A stretch of DNA of 48,813 nucleotides from an uncultured bacterium. GTDB lineage: Bacteria > Patescibacteriota > Minisyncoccia > Moranbacterales > UBA2206. The notes under the pieces were generated by a model that did not search any database, had not been told where the DNA came from, and worked only from the letters and a program-made list of their open reading frames with translations. Positions 17,234 through 26,609 of this stretch are shown here, in pieces. The translations under genes and the position numbers were made by a program. Position 1 is the stretch's first letter. Each line of letters begins with the position of its first letter. The stretch covers positions 1-48,813 of the forward strand of contig CAIMIV010000019.1 in NCBI GenBank assembly GCA_903841185.1. The letters are read 5' to 3'.

Positions 17234-17854
17234 ATGAAAAAAGCACAAAAGGGTAATGCCGTCGTGGTGGCTATCGTTGTGATAGTCGCGATGGCTATTG
17301 CCAGCGGGGTCACATATCTGGCAGCGACAAGAGTGAAATTGCCGGTGCAAAAAGCAGAACCAGTTGCGCAAACTCAGCCGGTAGCGCCAGCTCCTGTGGC
17401 GCAAGCGCCAGTACAGCCAACAGATGAGACTGTTTTAATGCAAAAATATCAAAATGAAAAATTTGGATATTCCGTGAATTATCCAAATGGTTGGTTTTCA
17501 TATGCTTCAGATTCAGCTGATGTATTTTTACAGCCAGCCAAGGAAGAGGCGGGTGGCATTCCTGGGCCGCATGCAGGCGCTCTTGAGATAAAAGTAACAA
17601 CTACAATTGCCAATGCATCGTTGATTAAAATAGTGAAAGACAAATATAATAAAGCTGGAATAACTTTTTCTCAAGAAGCATCTTTAATTGGCGGAGAAAA
17701 TGGATTGAGGGTGATGTCAACTTGTGAAGGTATGGGTTGCGGAGTACCAGAATGGTTTGTATTAAAAAATAGTTATCTATATGACTTTAATTCCAATCTT
17801 GGATATTCGGTAGATTTTGATAGGATAGTTACTAGTTTCAAATTCATCAAGTAA
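17234..17854 (+). CDS. Hypothetical secreted or membrane-anchored protein
   Basis: N-terminal signal-anchor (VVVAIVVIVAMAIASGV), a P/A/Q-rich linker, and a ~130-aa globular part. Followed by a terminator. Confidence 0.6.
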   Translation: MKKAQKGNAVVVAIVVIVAMAIASGVTYLAATRVKLPVQKAEPVAQTQPVAPAPVAQAPVQPTDETVLMQKYQNEKFGYSVNYPNGWFSYASDSADVFLQPAKEEAGGIPGPHAGALEIKVTTTIANASLIKIVKDKYNKAGITFSQEASLIGGENGLRVMSTCEGMGCGVPEWFVLKNSYLYDFNSNLGYSVDFDRIVTSFKFIK

Positions 17855-17872
17855 ATTTCAAATTATCGCATA

Positions 17873-17907
17873 AACCCCGTCATTCATGCGTGACGGGGTT
17901 TTACTTT
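17873..17907 (+). terminator. Rho-independent terminator
   Basis: AACCCCGTCA-TTCATGCG-TGACGGGGTT followed by TTACTTTT. Confidence 0.65.
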
Positions 17908-17934
17908 TCTCTTTTTCTGTAATATTATTTAACT

Positions 17935-19020
17935 ATGGTAAAAAACAAGAAAAAACGGGTAATTGTGGGGATGTCTTCCGGGGTGGATTCATCGGTGGCA
18001 GCTGCTTTGCTGCAACAACAAGGCTATGATGTCGTGGGCGTTTTTATGCATTTTTGGAAAGAGCCGGCGGCAGAAAGCTTGGCGGAGAATAAATGTTGTT
18101 CGCTGGAATCTTTGGAGGATGCCCGGAAAGTGTGTCAGATCTTGGGCATTCCGCTCTACACCGCCAACGCCGAGCAGGAATTCAAGCGGGAAGTAGTGGA
18201 TTATTTTTTGGAGGAATATCGGCAAGGACGCACACCCAATCCGTGCGTGGCTTGCAACGAGTTTATCAAATTCAAAGTGCTGCTGAAAAAAATGCTGGAA
18301 ATGGATGGTGATTTTGTGGCGTCTGGTCATTATTCGGTAAATAAAAAAGAAGCGGATGGGAAATTCCATTTGTATCAAGGAAAAGACAAAGAAAAAGATC
18401 AATCCTATTTTTTATATAATTTCACTCAAAAGCAATTGGCTAAAATTCTTTTTCCGGTGGGCGAATATGAAAAGCCGGCTATCAGAAAAATCGCCCAAGA
18501 ATTAGGCTTGCCTGTTTTTGACAAGGATGATTCACAAGGCTTGTGCTTTACGCCGGAAAAATATCCCGAGAATTTTTTGCGCCGCAATTTGCCATTGCAA
18601 AAAGGGAAAATCATCAATACAGCGGGAAAAGTTTTGGGCATGCATGAAGGTCTGCCGCTCTATACGATTGGTCAGCGAAGAGGGATAAATATTGGTGGCG
18701 ATGGCCCGTATTATGTAGTCAGAAAGGATTTGGAAAATAATATTTTAGTAGTGACCAATGATAAGGCAGACGCGGCTCTATTTTATGATATAATGGAAGT
18801 GGAGAGAGCGAATTGGCTTGTGGCTCAGCCGACATTGCCTTGCCAGGTGTGGGTGAAAACAAGATACCGACATCCGATGGTTTCTGCTATAATAAAAGAA
18901 GAAAAAAAAGGAATATTTGCAGTGGAGTTTGCTTCGCCGCAACAAGCCATTTCTCCCGGACAATCAGCCGTTTTCTACACCAAGGAAGGCGAAATGCTCG
19001 GCGGCGGTCGGATTAAATAA
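17935..19020 (+). CDS. mnmA: tRNA-specific 2-thiouridylase
   Basis: PP-loop VIVGMSSGVDSSVAA, NPCVACN, DQSYFL. 361 aa. Confidence 0.93.
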   Translation: MVKNKKKRVIVGMSSGVDSSVAAALLQQQGYDVVGVFMHFWKEPAAESLAENKCCSLESLEDARKVCQILGIPLYTANAEQEFKREVVDYFLEEYRQGRTPNPCVACNEFIKFKVLLKKMLEMDGDFVASGHYSVNKKEADGKFHLYQGKDKEKDQSYFLYNFTQKQLAKILFPVGEYEKPAIRKIAQELGLPVFDKDDSQGLCFTPEKYPENFLRRNLPLQKGKIINTAGKVLGMHEGLPLYTIGQRRGINIGGDGPYYVVRKDLENNILVVTNDKADAALFYDIMEVERANWLVAQPTLPCQVWVKTRYRHPMVSAIIKEEKKGIFAVEFASPQQAISPGQSAVFYTKEGEMLGGGRIK

Positions 19021-19040
19021 ATATTTAAACTTTAAAATAT

Positions 19041-19328
19041 ATGTATTCAAATTTAGCTAATGCTAATCGGGGCAATATGGATGATGTGGAACGTCATAAG
19101 CGCATCGCCGACATTCAAAGGGAAATGATGATGGTGGAGGCTGATCTCAAAAAGTTTATTAATGAGAAGACGATGCTGGAAGCGGAAAAGCGAAAAATAA
19201 AAAAAGACATCGATAGTTTGCGCATGAATATGCAAGAAAAAGAAAGAAACATTCGGGTTTCCGATCAAAATATCAATATCAAGCACGCGGAAATAATGCG
19301 GCTCAAGAAATTATTAAATGTTTTGTAA
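19041..19328 (+). CDS. Hypothetical coiled-coil protein
   Basis: 95-aa K/E-rich ORF with heptad character. First of four tightly spaced genes. Confidence 0.5.
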   Translation: MYSNLANANRGNMDDVERHKRIADIQREMMMVEADLKKFINEKTMLEAEKRKIKKDIDSLRMNMQEKERNIRVSDQNINIKHAEIMRLKKLLNVL

Positions 19329-19351
19329 TTAATTTATTAATCTTTAAACCT

Positions 19352-19579
19352 ATGCCCATTTATAAATTTGAAGAAACAGTGGAAAAAATTGCCACCGCCA
19401 GAGAAGTAAAACTTTATGATACTCATAAGAGGTTGTTACGGCAGATTAAAAAAGATTTGGAGAGCAGAGAGATTACCGCAGAGGACGTGCCTGACAGATT
19501 GAAAGATAATGACGATTTTAAATTTAAATTTAATTTTTCTAGTGATGATTTCAAAGCGATTGTAAGCGCTATAAAATAA
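19352..19579 (+). CDS. Hypothetical small protein
   Basis: 75-aa ORF, 23 nt after the previous stop. Confidence 0.45.
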   Translation: MPIYKFEETVEKIATAREVKLYDTHKRLLRQIKKDLESREITAEDVPDRLKDNDDFKFKFNFSSDDFKAIVSAIK

Positions 19580-19696
19580 TTAATAGTTAGAATTATTATG
19601 GCAGCTGAAGATTTACGGCCAGCCTTCTCCGCCAGCTGGCGGATACGGCATGGTAAGTTATGAAATTAAGTGACTATGAATAAGTAAGTTTAAATT

Positions 19697-19864
19697 ATGC
19701 AAACAATAGGGGCGGAAGAGTTACAAGAAAAATATCAACAAGCTTGGAAAAAATTTCAAGCTAAGATGGATTCTTTAAGAAAAAGGCAATCCGTAATTTT
19801 GACGCGTTTGAATGAAAAATTAGATAAACAGCACATTGAAGCCATAAGAAAAAAATTAGGATAG
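19697..19864 (+). CDS. Hypothetical small coiled-coil protein (55 aa, below the ORF-track cutoff)
   Basis: My translation: MQTIGAEELQEKYQQAWKKFQAKMDSLRKRQSVILTRLNEKLDKQHIEAIRKKLG. One nucleotide separates its TAG stop (ends 19864) from the next ATG (19866) (TAGTATG), suggesting translational coupling. Confidence 0.4.
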   Translation: MQTIGAEELQEKYQQAWKKFQAKMDSLRKRQSVILTRLNEKLDKQHIEAIRKKLG

Positions 19865-19865
19865 T

Positions 19866-21128
19866 ATGTATCGCGAACCGTCAATAAATGAAGCCACAAA
19901 AAAACAAGAAGCGCATGAAAAACATGAGGCGCCAGTTAGTGTCGAGTCACCCGAACAAATCCGCCAGCAAATGATGGGCGCAGCCACGCAAGAGACTGCT
20001 CGTTTCACGGAAGAATGCGCTACGAGTCTTGGACAAATTGAAGCTCGAGCAGAAAAAGATGGCTTAGTAGTTGATGCAGAGGACAAAAAAGCTTTGCAAG
20101 AATTGGGCGTGGAGGCTGATAGTGCTAGAGAAGAGCTAAAGACATCCTTAGCAGAAAAGATTATCAAAAAGTTAAAAACAGCAGCAACGATTGGTATGGC
20201 AGCGATGGCTTTTTCTGGAGCTGGAAAATTTGAAGAAAAGCAGACGTTGGGAGATTTAGGTGATGTAAAGGCCACTGAATGGGTAAATCCTGACGCCATT
20301 GAGTCGCCAAAAAGTGAGGTTAATAAAAATACAAAATATGAGAAATCCATTGAAGATATCCCCGTATTCGAACAGCAAAAAGCCAGAAAAAATCTATTAG
20401 AAAGTCTCGAGCTTAATTCAGGAGCGGATACTGAAAAAATATTGATCCAAATAAGAGATCATATTAGCAGCCAAGAATATCTTAATAAGTTGCAAATTGA
20501 ATTTGGTGGAGACATTGAAAAAGCAAAAAAATCTCAGCAGCGCAGAATTATATATACGGATTTTGTTAAGATTTCTTTTTCTGATAAGAATGACCTAACT
20601 AGTGAGGCCATAGATACATCACAGTACAACAAGTGGATTCCTAAGTGGTTGGCCCTTGAAATAGAATGTTTCAAGTTGGGCATTAATGGCGCTGCTGGGC
20701 ACTATGAGCCAAAGGATCATATAATTGGGCTTCCTAATGACAGGGATAATTATATTGTTGGAAGACATGAAATTCTTCATGCCAGCACACGTGGTGTTTA
20801 TGATATGCCAGAAAGCACAAAGTCAATACTTAAAGATTCATATCAAAAAAGCGAAACAAGAAAAGACACTTATTTAAATAATGCAACGGAAATATTAGTA
20901 AGGAAGCAAGCTTTGGATTTTGAGATGGATAAATTGGGAATTAAAAAATATGGTGAAAGGTTTACTAAAGAACATTATGAAAAGATGATGGAGCATTATG
21001 AAAAAGGTGATTTCCCGTATGATATTAATGATTTTATAGAAACTACAAAACCAGAATATTTCGAGAAAATTTTCAATGAAATCGCTGATGCCGATAATCC
21101 GCAGGAACAACAGGAACAAGTCGTATAA
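19866..21128 (+). CDS. Hypothetical protein with an HExxH (zincin-like) motif
   Basis: 420 aa. Contains a short hydrophobic segment (TAATIGMAAMAFSGAG) and the motif VGRHEILHAS in the C-terminal half. Confidence 0.6.
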   Translation: MYREPSINEATKKQEAHEKHEAPVSVESPEQIRQQMMGAATQETARFTEECATSLGQIEARAEKDGLVVDAEDKKALQELGVEADSAREELKTSLAEKIIKKLKTAATIGMAAMAFSGAGKFEEKQTLGDLGDVKATEWVNPDAIESPKSEVNKNTKYEKSIEDIPVFEQQKARKNLLESLELNSGADTEKILIQIRDHISSQEYLNKLQIEFGGDIEKAKKSQQRRIIYTDFVKISFSDKNDLTSEAIDTSQYNKWIPKWLALEIECFKLGINGAAGHYEPKDHIIGLPNDRDNYIVGRHEILHASTRGVYDMPESTKSILKDSYQKSETRKDTYLNNATEILVRKQALDFEMDKLGIKKYGERFTKEHYEKMMEHYEKGDFPYDINDFIETTKPEYFEKIFNEIADADNPQEQQEQVV

Positions 21129-21163
21129 AATTTAAAATGAGATAATTTTTTAAAATAAGAATT

Positions 21164-22975
21164 ATGAAAGCACAAGAATTACGGGAAAAATATTTAAAGT
21201 TTTTTGAGTCTAAGGGTCACACCATCATTCCTTCGGCGTCTTTGGTGCCGCGAGAGACTGATACTTCGACGCTTTTTACGACGGCTGGAATGCATCCCTT
21301 GGTGCCATATCTGTTGGGCGAAGAGCATCCGGGGGGCAAGCGGGTCGCTAGCGTGCAGAAATGCGTCCGTACGGGGGACATTGATGATGTGGGCGATAAT
21401 CGCCACAATACATTTTTTGAAATGATGGGCAACTGGAGTTTTGGCGACTATTTCAAAAAAGAAGCAATTGTTTGGAGCTTTGAATTTTTGACGGGCAAGG
21501 AATGGTTAGGCTTGGATCCGAAACGTTTGTATGTCACAACTTTCAAAGGGGAGAATGGAATTCCACGCGACGAAACAGCGATTGAAGTTTGGAAAAGTGT
21601 TTTTGAGAAAGCGGGCATGGATGTGGCGGTGGCCGGCGAGGATGAAATTATCAAAGACGACATTAGAATTATTCCTTTAGGTACGGAGGATAATTTTTGG
21701 ATCGCCGGAGCAACCGGACCGTGCGGCGGTGACACGGAAATGTTTTATGATATGCGTCCGGAAGAAGGCAATCTGGAAGGCAAATTTGGCGAACTAGTAG
21801 ACAGTTTCAGGATTATGGAGATTTGGAACAATGTCTTCATGGAGTTTAATAAAACGGCCGATGATCAATATGAAAAACTAGCTAAACCCAATGTCGACAC
21901 CGGCATGGGTGTTGAACGCACGCTGACAGTGCTTGCCGGCGAATATACGGTTTTTGAAACGGAACTGTTCCAACCGCTTTTCGAAAAAATAGCTGAAGTT
22001 TCCGGTAGCGGTTATCAGGACAGTGATGAAACAAAAAAAGCTTTCCGCATTGTGGCCGATCACATCAAAGCTGGTGTCTTTATGTTGGCTGACGGGGTGA
22101 CGCCACTGAACGTCGGCCGCGGTTATGTCTTGCGCCGGATTATCCGTCGAGCCGTGCGTTATGGAAAATTACTGGGCATCGAAAAAAACTTTACCCAAGT
22201 TATTGCGGTGGTGGTGATTGAAATGTATCAAGATTTTTATCCAGAGTTGGAAAAAAATAAAACTGTTATTTTTTCCGAATTGGAAAAAGAAGAAAATAAA
22301 TTTCGACAAACTTTGGAGAAAGGCTTGAAGGAATTTAATAAACTTTCTGCCATAACTGCTGCGGAAGCTTTCAACTTATATCAATCCTATGGTTTTCCGC
22401 TAGAGATGACAGAAGAGTTGTCTAAGGAAAAAGGTTTCGCGGTGGATAAGGAAGAATTTGCAGCTGAATTTAAAAAACACCAAAATCTTTCCCGCACGGC
22501 CTCAGCTGGTGCTTTCAAAGGTGGCTTGCAGGCCGCGGGCGAAATGGAAACCAAATATCACACTGCCACGCATTTGCTGTTGGCGGCGTTGCGTGAAATT
22601 CTGGGCGAAGAAACCTATCAAAAAGGCTCAAATATCACGGCCGAGAGATTACGTTTTGATTTCAATTACCCAAAAAAATTAAGCCCAGAGCAATTGAAAC
22701 AAGTGGAAGATTTGGTGAATCAGAAAATTCAAGAAGGTTTGACGGTGGAACTGAAAGAAATGTCTAAAGACGAAGCGTTGAAACTGGCAAAAGTTTCTTT
22801 TGATCCGGCCAAATATGGTGACATCGTGAAAGTCTATTCCATCGGCGATTTCAGCATAGAACTGTGTGGCGGTCCGCACGTGCAAAACCTAATCGAACTG
22901 GGTCATTTCAAAATCAAAAAAGAAGAGGCTTCATCCGCCGGCGTGCGCCGAATTAAAGCGGTACTTGAAAAATAA
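21164..22975 (+). CDS. alaS: Alanine-tRNA ligase, compact form
   Basis: N-terminus MKAQELREKYLKFFESKGHTIIPSASLVP, and editing-domain motifs HTATHLL and CGGPHV. At 603 aa it ends right after the editing domain, with no C-Ala domain. Confidence 0.93.
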   Translation: MKAQELREKYLKFFESKGHTIIPSASLVPRETDTSTLFTTAGMHPLVPYLLGEEHPGGKRVASVQKCVRTGDIDDVGDNRHNTFFEMMGNWSFGDYFKKEAIVWSFEFLTGKEWLGLDPKRLYVTTFKGENGIPRDETAIEVWKSVFEKAGMDVAVAGEDEIIKDDIRIIPLGTEDNFWIAGATGPCGGDTEMFYDMRPEEGNLEGKFGELVDSFRIMEIWNNVFMEFNKTADDQYEKLAKPNVDTGMGVERTLTVLAGEYTVFETELFQPLFEKIAEVSGSGYQDSDETKKAFRIVADHIKAGVFMLADGVTPLNVGRGYVLRRIIRRAVRYGKLLGIEKNFTQVIAVVVIEMYQDFYPELEKNKTVIFSELEKEENKFRQTLEKGLKEFNKLSAITAAEAFNLYQSYGFPLEMTEELSKEKGFAVDKEEFAAEFKKHQNLSRTASAGAFKGGLQAAGEMETKYHTATHLLLAALREILGEETYQKGSNITAERLRFDFNYPKKLSPEQLKQVEDLVNQKIQEGLTVELKEMSKDEALKLAKVSFDPAKYGDIVKVYSIGDFSIELCGGPHVQNLIELGHFKIKKEEASSAGVRRIKAVLEK

Positions 22976-23008
22976 TTTTCAAATTAGTCCTAAAACCTAG
23001 CCATAAAA

Positions 23009-23047
23009 AAAGAGGCGCGGATCGGTTGCGATCGTTGCCTCTTTTTG
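23009..23047. terminator. Bidirectional terminator between alaS and the convergent 23137-23529 gene
   Basis: An A-run, then AGAGGC...GCCTCT, then a T-run. Confidence 0.6.
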
Positions 23048-23136
23048 TAATAAATTCTATTACAGGCTGCTGGCGGCAAAAGATTTTGCCGGTATTAGTT
23101 CAGGGGCATAACATTGAGACTATGAGAGTCCTAGGA

Positions 23137-23529
23137 TCAAGGAAGAGAAGTGCAATAGTGCGTCAGACTTATGCCGATGTCCAGGCATAGCCCGATGCCC
23201 AGGATGACGACTTGCTCAATCCAGAATGATTCTGTGCTGGGAAATATATCATCGGCACATGCTTGGTATAGATTCCGTGAGCGGATTTCTTCATAATTCC
23301 AGCACTCATATTCACCCACGATAGACCCGTCTAAATCTTCTCCCACAAGCTCTTTGACATAGAGCATCTTACGCACAGAGCCGCCTGGAATATTCCAGAG
23401 CAGTTTTTCCCAAAAACACTGAAAGGGCATTAGGAAAAGATTTCGTCCGCAATCATCATTATTGAAAAAATACTTCATGCCAAAATACACATACCAAAGA
23501 GCAAAAGTGTAAAAAAAAGATATGGTCAT
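23137..23529 (-). CDS. Hypothetical membrane protein
   Basis: 130-aa ORF with N- and C-terminal hydrophobic segments. Divergent from the next gene. Confidence 0.45.
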   Translation of the reverse strand: MTISFFYTFALWYVYFGMKYFFNNDDCGRNLFLMPFQCFWEKLLWNIPGGSVRKMLYVKELVGEDLDGSIVGEYECWNYEEIRSRNLYQACADDIFPSTESFWIEQVVILGIGLCLDIGISLTHYCTSLP

Positions 23530-23765
23530 GATGCCCCCTCCTTGTAGTTAAATGATTTTTTGGCATTATTGCCGGATGGATTGCGAAGTTGTTTTTAAAG
23601 ATCATGCACCAGTATAATGGCACGGATAGGTCGTTTTGTCCAGCTATCGTCGACAGCGGAAAATTGTGGTAGTATAAAGATGATAAAGACTTGAGGCAAA
23701 GATAATTGTCCAAAAGCCTATCTAATAAGTGGACACAAGGAGTGCTAATTTTTTCATATAAAATT

Positions 23766-24602
23766 ATGACCAGAGAAATGCCACAATTTGAGGTTGTCAA
23801 TCAGGAAAGACCGCCCATGGATGTCGCTAGGCAAGAAAAAGTGCCCGTGACTGCTGCTCAGCAAGAAACGTCGCTAGATGGAGCAGCGGGTTTGATTAAT
23901 TTTGTGGATGAAAACTATTTCCAGAATTTTTTAAATAAACTAGATGCCATCGAAGAAGAAAATAAAAATAAACCGGTGGAAGAGAGAGTAAATATTACTA
24001 AGGTGGGAGATTTTTTGGGAGTTGATATAGCTAAAATGCGGATATATATTGATGAAAAAATTCCGGACTTGATACAGAAGATTAATGCGATGGTTAATGA
24101 TGAGCAGGTTGCTGTTGTTAAGAATAATAGTATGCAAGATGTTTTAGGGAATTCTATTCTCACGATTTTTAACAGGATTTTATGGGTACTGGAGAATTTT
24201 CACAGTGTTGACCCGGTCGCGAAAGAAAAGATTTTCAATCCACAATCAAGGACTAGAAAAGTTATTGATCTGTATTCCAAGAACGAGGGCCAGGCTGGTG
24301 TAGCATCCTATTATGTTGACAACCTCTGTGCTGATAGCGAAAAGCTGAAACTTGAAATCAGCACTAATGAAGGTTTTCTGAAAAATTATCAGGAATATTT
24401 TCATGATATCGTTATGGATGGACAAACAACAACTTATTATCCCCGTGGCGGCAAGAAACTGCCTTATTTCAAATTTTTCAATGAATTGGAATTGGGCCAT
24501 ATTAACACGGGGAATGTGGAAGATGCGCTGAGCGGATTGGATGATAGGATTATAGATGTGGAAAAAATTCGAAAATCCGCCTTAGTAAGAAATGTTCATT
24601 AG
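23766..24602 (+). CDS. Hypothetical protein
   Basis: ORF trimmed to the first ATG (the track start at 23706 is TTG). No recognisable motifs. Confidence 0.55.
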   Translation: MTREMPQFEVVNQERPPMDVARQEKVPVTAAQQETSLDGAAGLINFVDENYFQNFLNKLDAIEEENKNKPVEERVNITKVGDFLGVDIAKMRIYIDEKIPDLIQKINAMVNDEQVAVVKNNSMQDVLGNSILTIFNRILWVLENFHSVDPVAKEKIFNPQSRTRKVIDLYSKNEGQAGVASYYVDNLCADSEKLKLEISTNEGFLKNYQEYFHDIVMDGQTTTYYPRGGKKLPYFKFFNELELGHINTGNVEDALSGLDDRIIDVEKIRKSALVRNVH

Positions 24603-24638
24603 TAGATGTCATTTTTTTAATTTAGTAGAATAAAAAAT

Positions 24639-25775
24639 ATGAAAAAGTTGGCTATTTTAGGGAGTACGGGGAATGTGGGAACGCAGGTTTTGGACGTGGT
24701 GGACCAATATCCGGATAAATTCAAAATTATTGCGCTCACCGGGAACGGCAATATGGAACTATTAAAAGCCCAGATAGTCAAATATCAGCCCATGTTTGTG
24801 GGCGTGGCGGACGCGGAAAAGGCGGAAGAGCTGAAGGGACAGGTGAGCGTGCCTATTTTTTTTGGCGCGGAAGCGAATGCGCAAATCGCCGCGTTGGAGG
24901 AATATGACACGTTGGTCAATTGCGTGGTGAGTTTGGCCGGGATTGAAGCTACTTTGGTAGCCATAGAAAAAAAGAAAAATGTGGCCTTGGCCAATAAGGA
25001 AACATTGGTTTCTGCCGGAGAAATTGTCATGCGGCGGGCCAAAGAAAACGGCGTGACCATCATGCCGATTGATTCTGAGCATAGCGCTCTCTTTCAATGT
25101 CTCAATGGTGAGGACATAAAAACAGTGCAACAATTGGTCATTACTTGTTCTGGCGGAGCTTTGCGGGATAAGACGAAAGCTGAAATTGAAACGGCGACAG
25201 TGGCGGAGGCGTTGGGACACAAGACCTGGGCGATGGGTCAGAAAATCACCATTGATTCGGCCACTTTGATGAACAAAGGCTTTGAAGTGATTGAAGCGAT
25301 GTGGCTTTATGATATGCCGATTGAAAAAATAAAAGTAGTGATTCATCCGGAAAGCATCATTCATTCCATGGTGGAATATACGGATGCCAGCATCATCGCT
25401 CAGTTGTCTGAGCCGGATATGCGTTTGCCGATTCAATATGCCCTGTCCTATCCGGAGCGGTGGGAGGCACCCATCAAGCGCTTTGATTTTAAGAAAAATC
25501 TAAGTTTTGCCGAACCGGATTTGGAAAGATTCCCTTGTTTGGGATTGGCTTTTTGGGCAGCCAAAGAACTGGGGACTTTGCCGGCGGTGATGAACGCCAC
25601 TAACGACTTTATGGTGGGAAAGTTTCTGAGCGGAGAATGCCGCTTGATGGATATCTATGCAACTATCAAAGCAGTGATGGAAGCGCACGAGAATATCAAG
25701 CATCCGGACTTGGCCGATATCAAAAAAGCCATTGCGTGGGCGCAAGGAGAGGCGGCAGTAATTTTTAATAGTTAA
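24639..25775 (+). CDS. dxr: 1-deoxy-D-xylulose-5-phosphate reductoisomerase
   Basis: KLAILGSTGNVGTQ, LANKETLV, DSEHSA, NKGFEVIEA. Confidence 0.95.
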   Translation: MKKLAILGSTGNVGTQVLDVVDQYPDKFKIIALTGNGNMELLKAQIVKYQPMFVGVADAEKAEELKGQVSVPIFFGAEANAQIAALEEYDTLVNCVVSLAGIEATLVAIEKKKNVALANKETLVSAGEIVMRRAKENGVTIMPIDSEHSALFQCLNGEDIKTVQQLVITCSGGALRDKTKAEIETATVAEALGHKTWAMGQKITIDSATLMNKGFEVIEAMWLYDMPIEKIKVVIHPESIIHSMVEYTDASIIAQLSEPDMRLPIQYALSYPERWEAPIKRFDFKKNLSFAEPDLERFPCLGLAFWAAKELGTLPAVMNATNDFMVGKFLSGECRLMDIYATIKAVMEAHENIKHPDLADIKKAIAWAQGEAAVIFNS

Positions 25776-25781
25776 GCCGAT

Positions 25782-26480
25782 ATGAATATTGCCATAGTTC
25801 TCGCCTCCGGCGTGGGTCAGCGGATGAGAGCGGGGAAAAATAAGACATTGATAACCTTGGGCGGAAAGCCCTTGATTTGCCATGCCCTGGAAAATTTTCA
25901 AAAAGCCCAGTTGATAGACAAAATTATTTTGGTAGTCAAGGCGGGTGAGGAAAAAATCTTTACGAGGATTCTAGCTAAACATCCGGCCAAAAAAGTGACC
26001 GCCATTATTGTTGGCGGCAGGGAACGGCAGGATAGCGCTTATAACGGAGTGCGCTTTGTGCAAGAAAACTTCAAAAACTTAAAAGATGCCGTGGTGCTTT
26101 TTCACAACGGCGCCAATCCTTTTGTCACACAAATTGAAATCCAGGCGGTCATCGAAGCCGCGCAGAAAAATGGCGCTGCCGTGGTGGCGCACAAAACCAA
26201 GGACACTATCCGGCAAGTGGACAAAAAAATGTTTTCTTTGGGCGTGGTGGAACGCAGCAACCTGTGGAACATGCAAACTCCGCAAGTCATCCGATTCCCG
26301 CTGGCACTCAAAGCCTTCTCCCAAGCGAGCCAGGATAATTTTTTAGGAACAGATGACGTGTCTTTGGTGGAGCGCTTGGGGAAGAAAGTCCAAATCATCG
26401 AGGCGTCCGAAAACAATTTCAAAGTGACCACGCCAATTGATCTGGAGTTGGCCAAGATTATTTGGAGAAAGCTTAATTAA
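25782..26480 (+). CDS. ispD: 2-C-methyl-D-erythritol 4-phosphate cytidylyltransferase
   Basis: AIVLASGVGQRM P-loop-like motif, 232 aa, within the MEP cluster. Confidence 0.9.
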   Translation: MNIAIVLASGVGQRMRAGKNKTLITLGGKPLICHALENFQKAQLIDKIILVVKAGEEKIFTRILAKHPAKKVTAIIVGGRERQDSAYNGVRFVQENFKNLKDAVVLFHNGANPFVTQIEIQAVIEAAQKNGAAVVAHKTKDTIRQVDKKMFSLGVVERSNLWNMQTPQVIRFPLALKAFSQASQDNFLGTDDVSLVERLGKKVQIIEASENNFKVTTPIDLELAKIIWRKLN

Positions 26481-26513
26481 AAAATTTAAAATTATTTATG
26501 ACTTACACATTTG

Positions 26514-26609
26514 TCACTTTTTTTGAGGATTTCCAAGGCTGAGTCCTTACAGCGTTTAAGACACTGGGTGTCCAATGAGATATGAAGGTGAGAGACACCC
26601 AGTGTCTAA
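26514..26609 (+). repeat. Structured intergenic element, copy 2 (between ispD and ispF)
   Basis: Same orientation as copy 1. Arms at 26559-26573 and 26593-26607. Flanked by direct repeats at 26475-26495 and 26633-26652. Confidence 0.85.

Noticed and set aside
19629-19642. GC-rich 14-bp palindrome CCGCCAGCTGGCGG in the AT-rich spacer between small ORFs
   Set aside because: It is short and isolated, with no T-run and no second copy in the window. A 21-codon ORF overlaps it, but nothing supports a function.
23459-23800. 113-aa minus-strand ORF in the divergent control region
   Set aside because: It overlaps the start of the 23137-23529 gene and the 5-prime end of the plus-strand gene. It has no SD and is probably non-coding promoter DNA.
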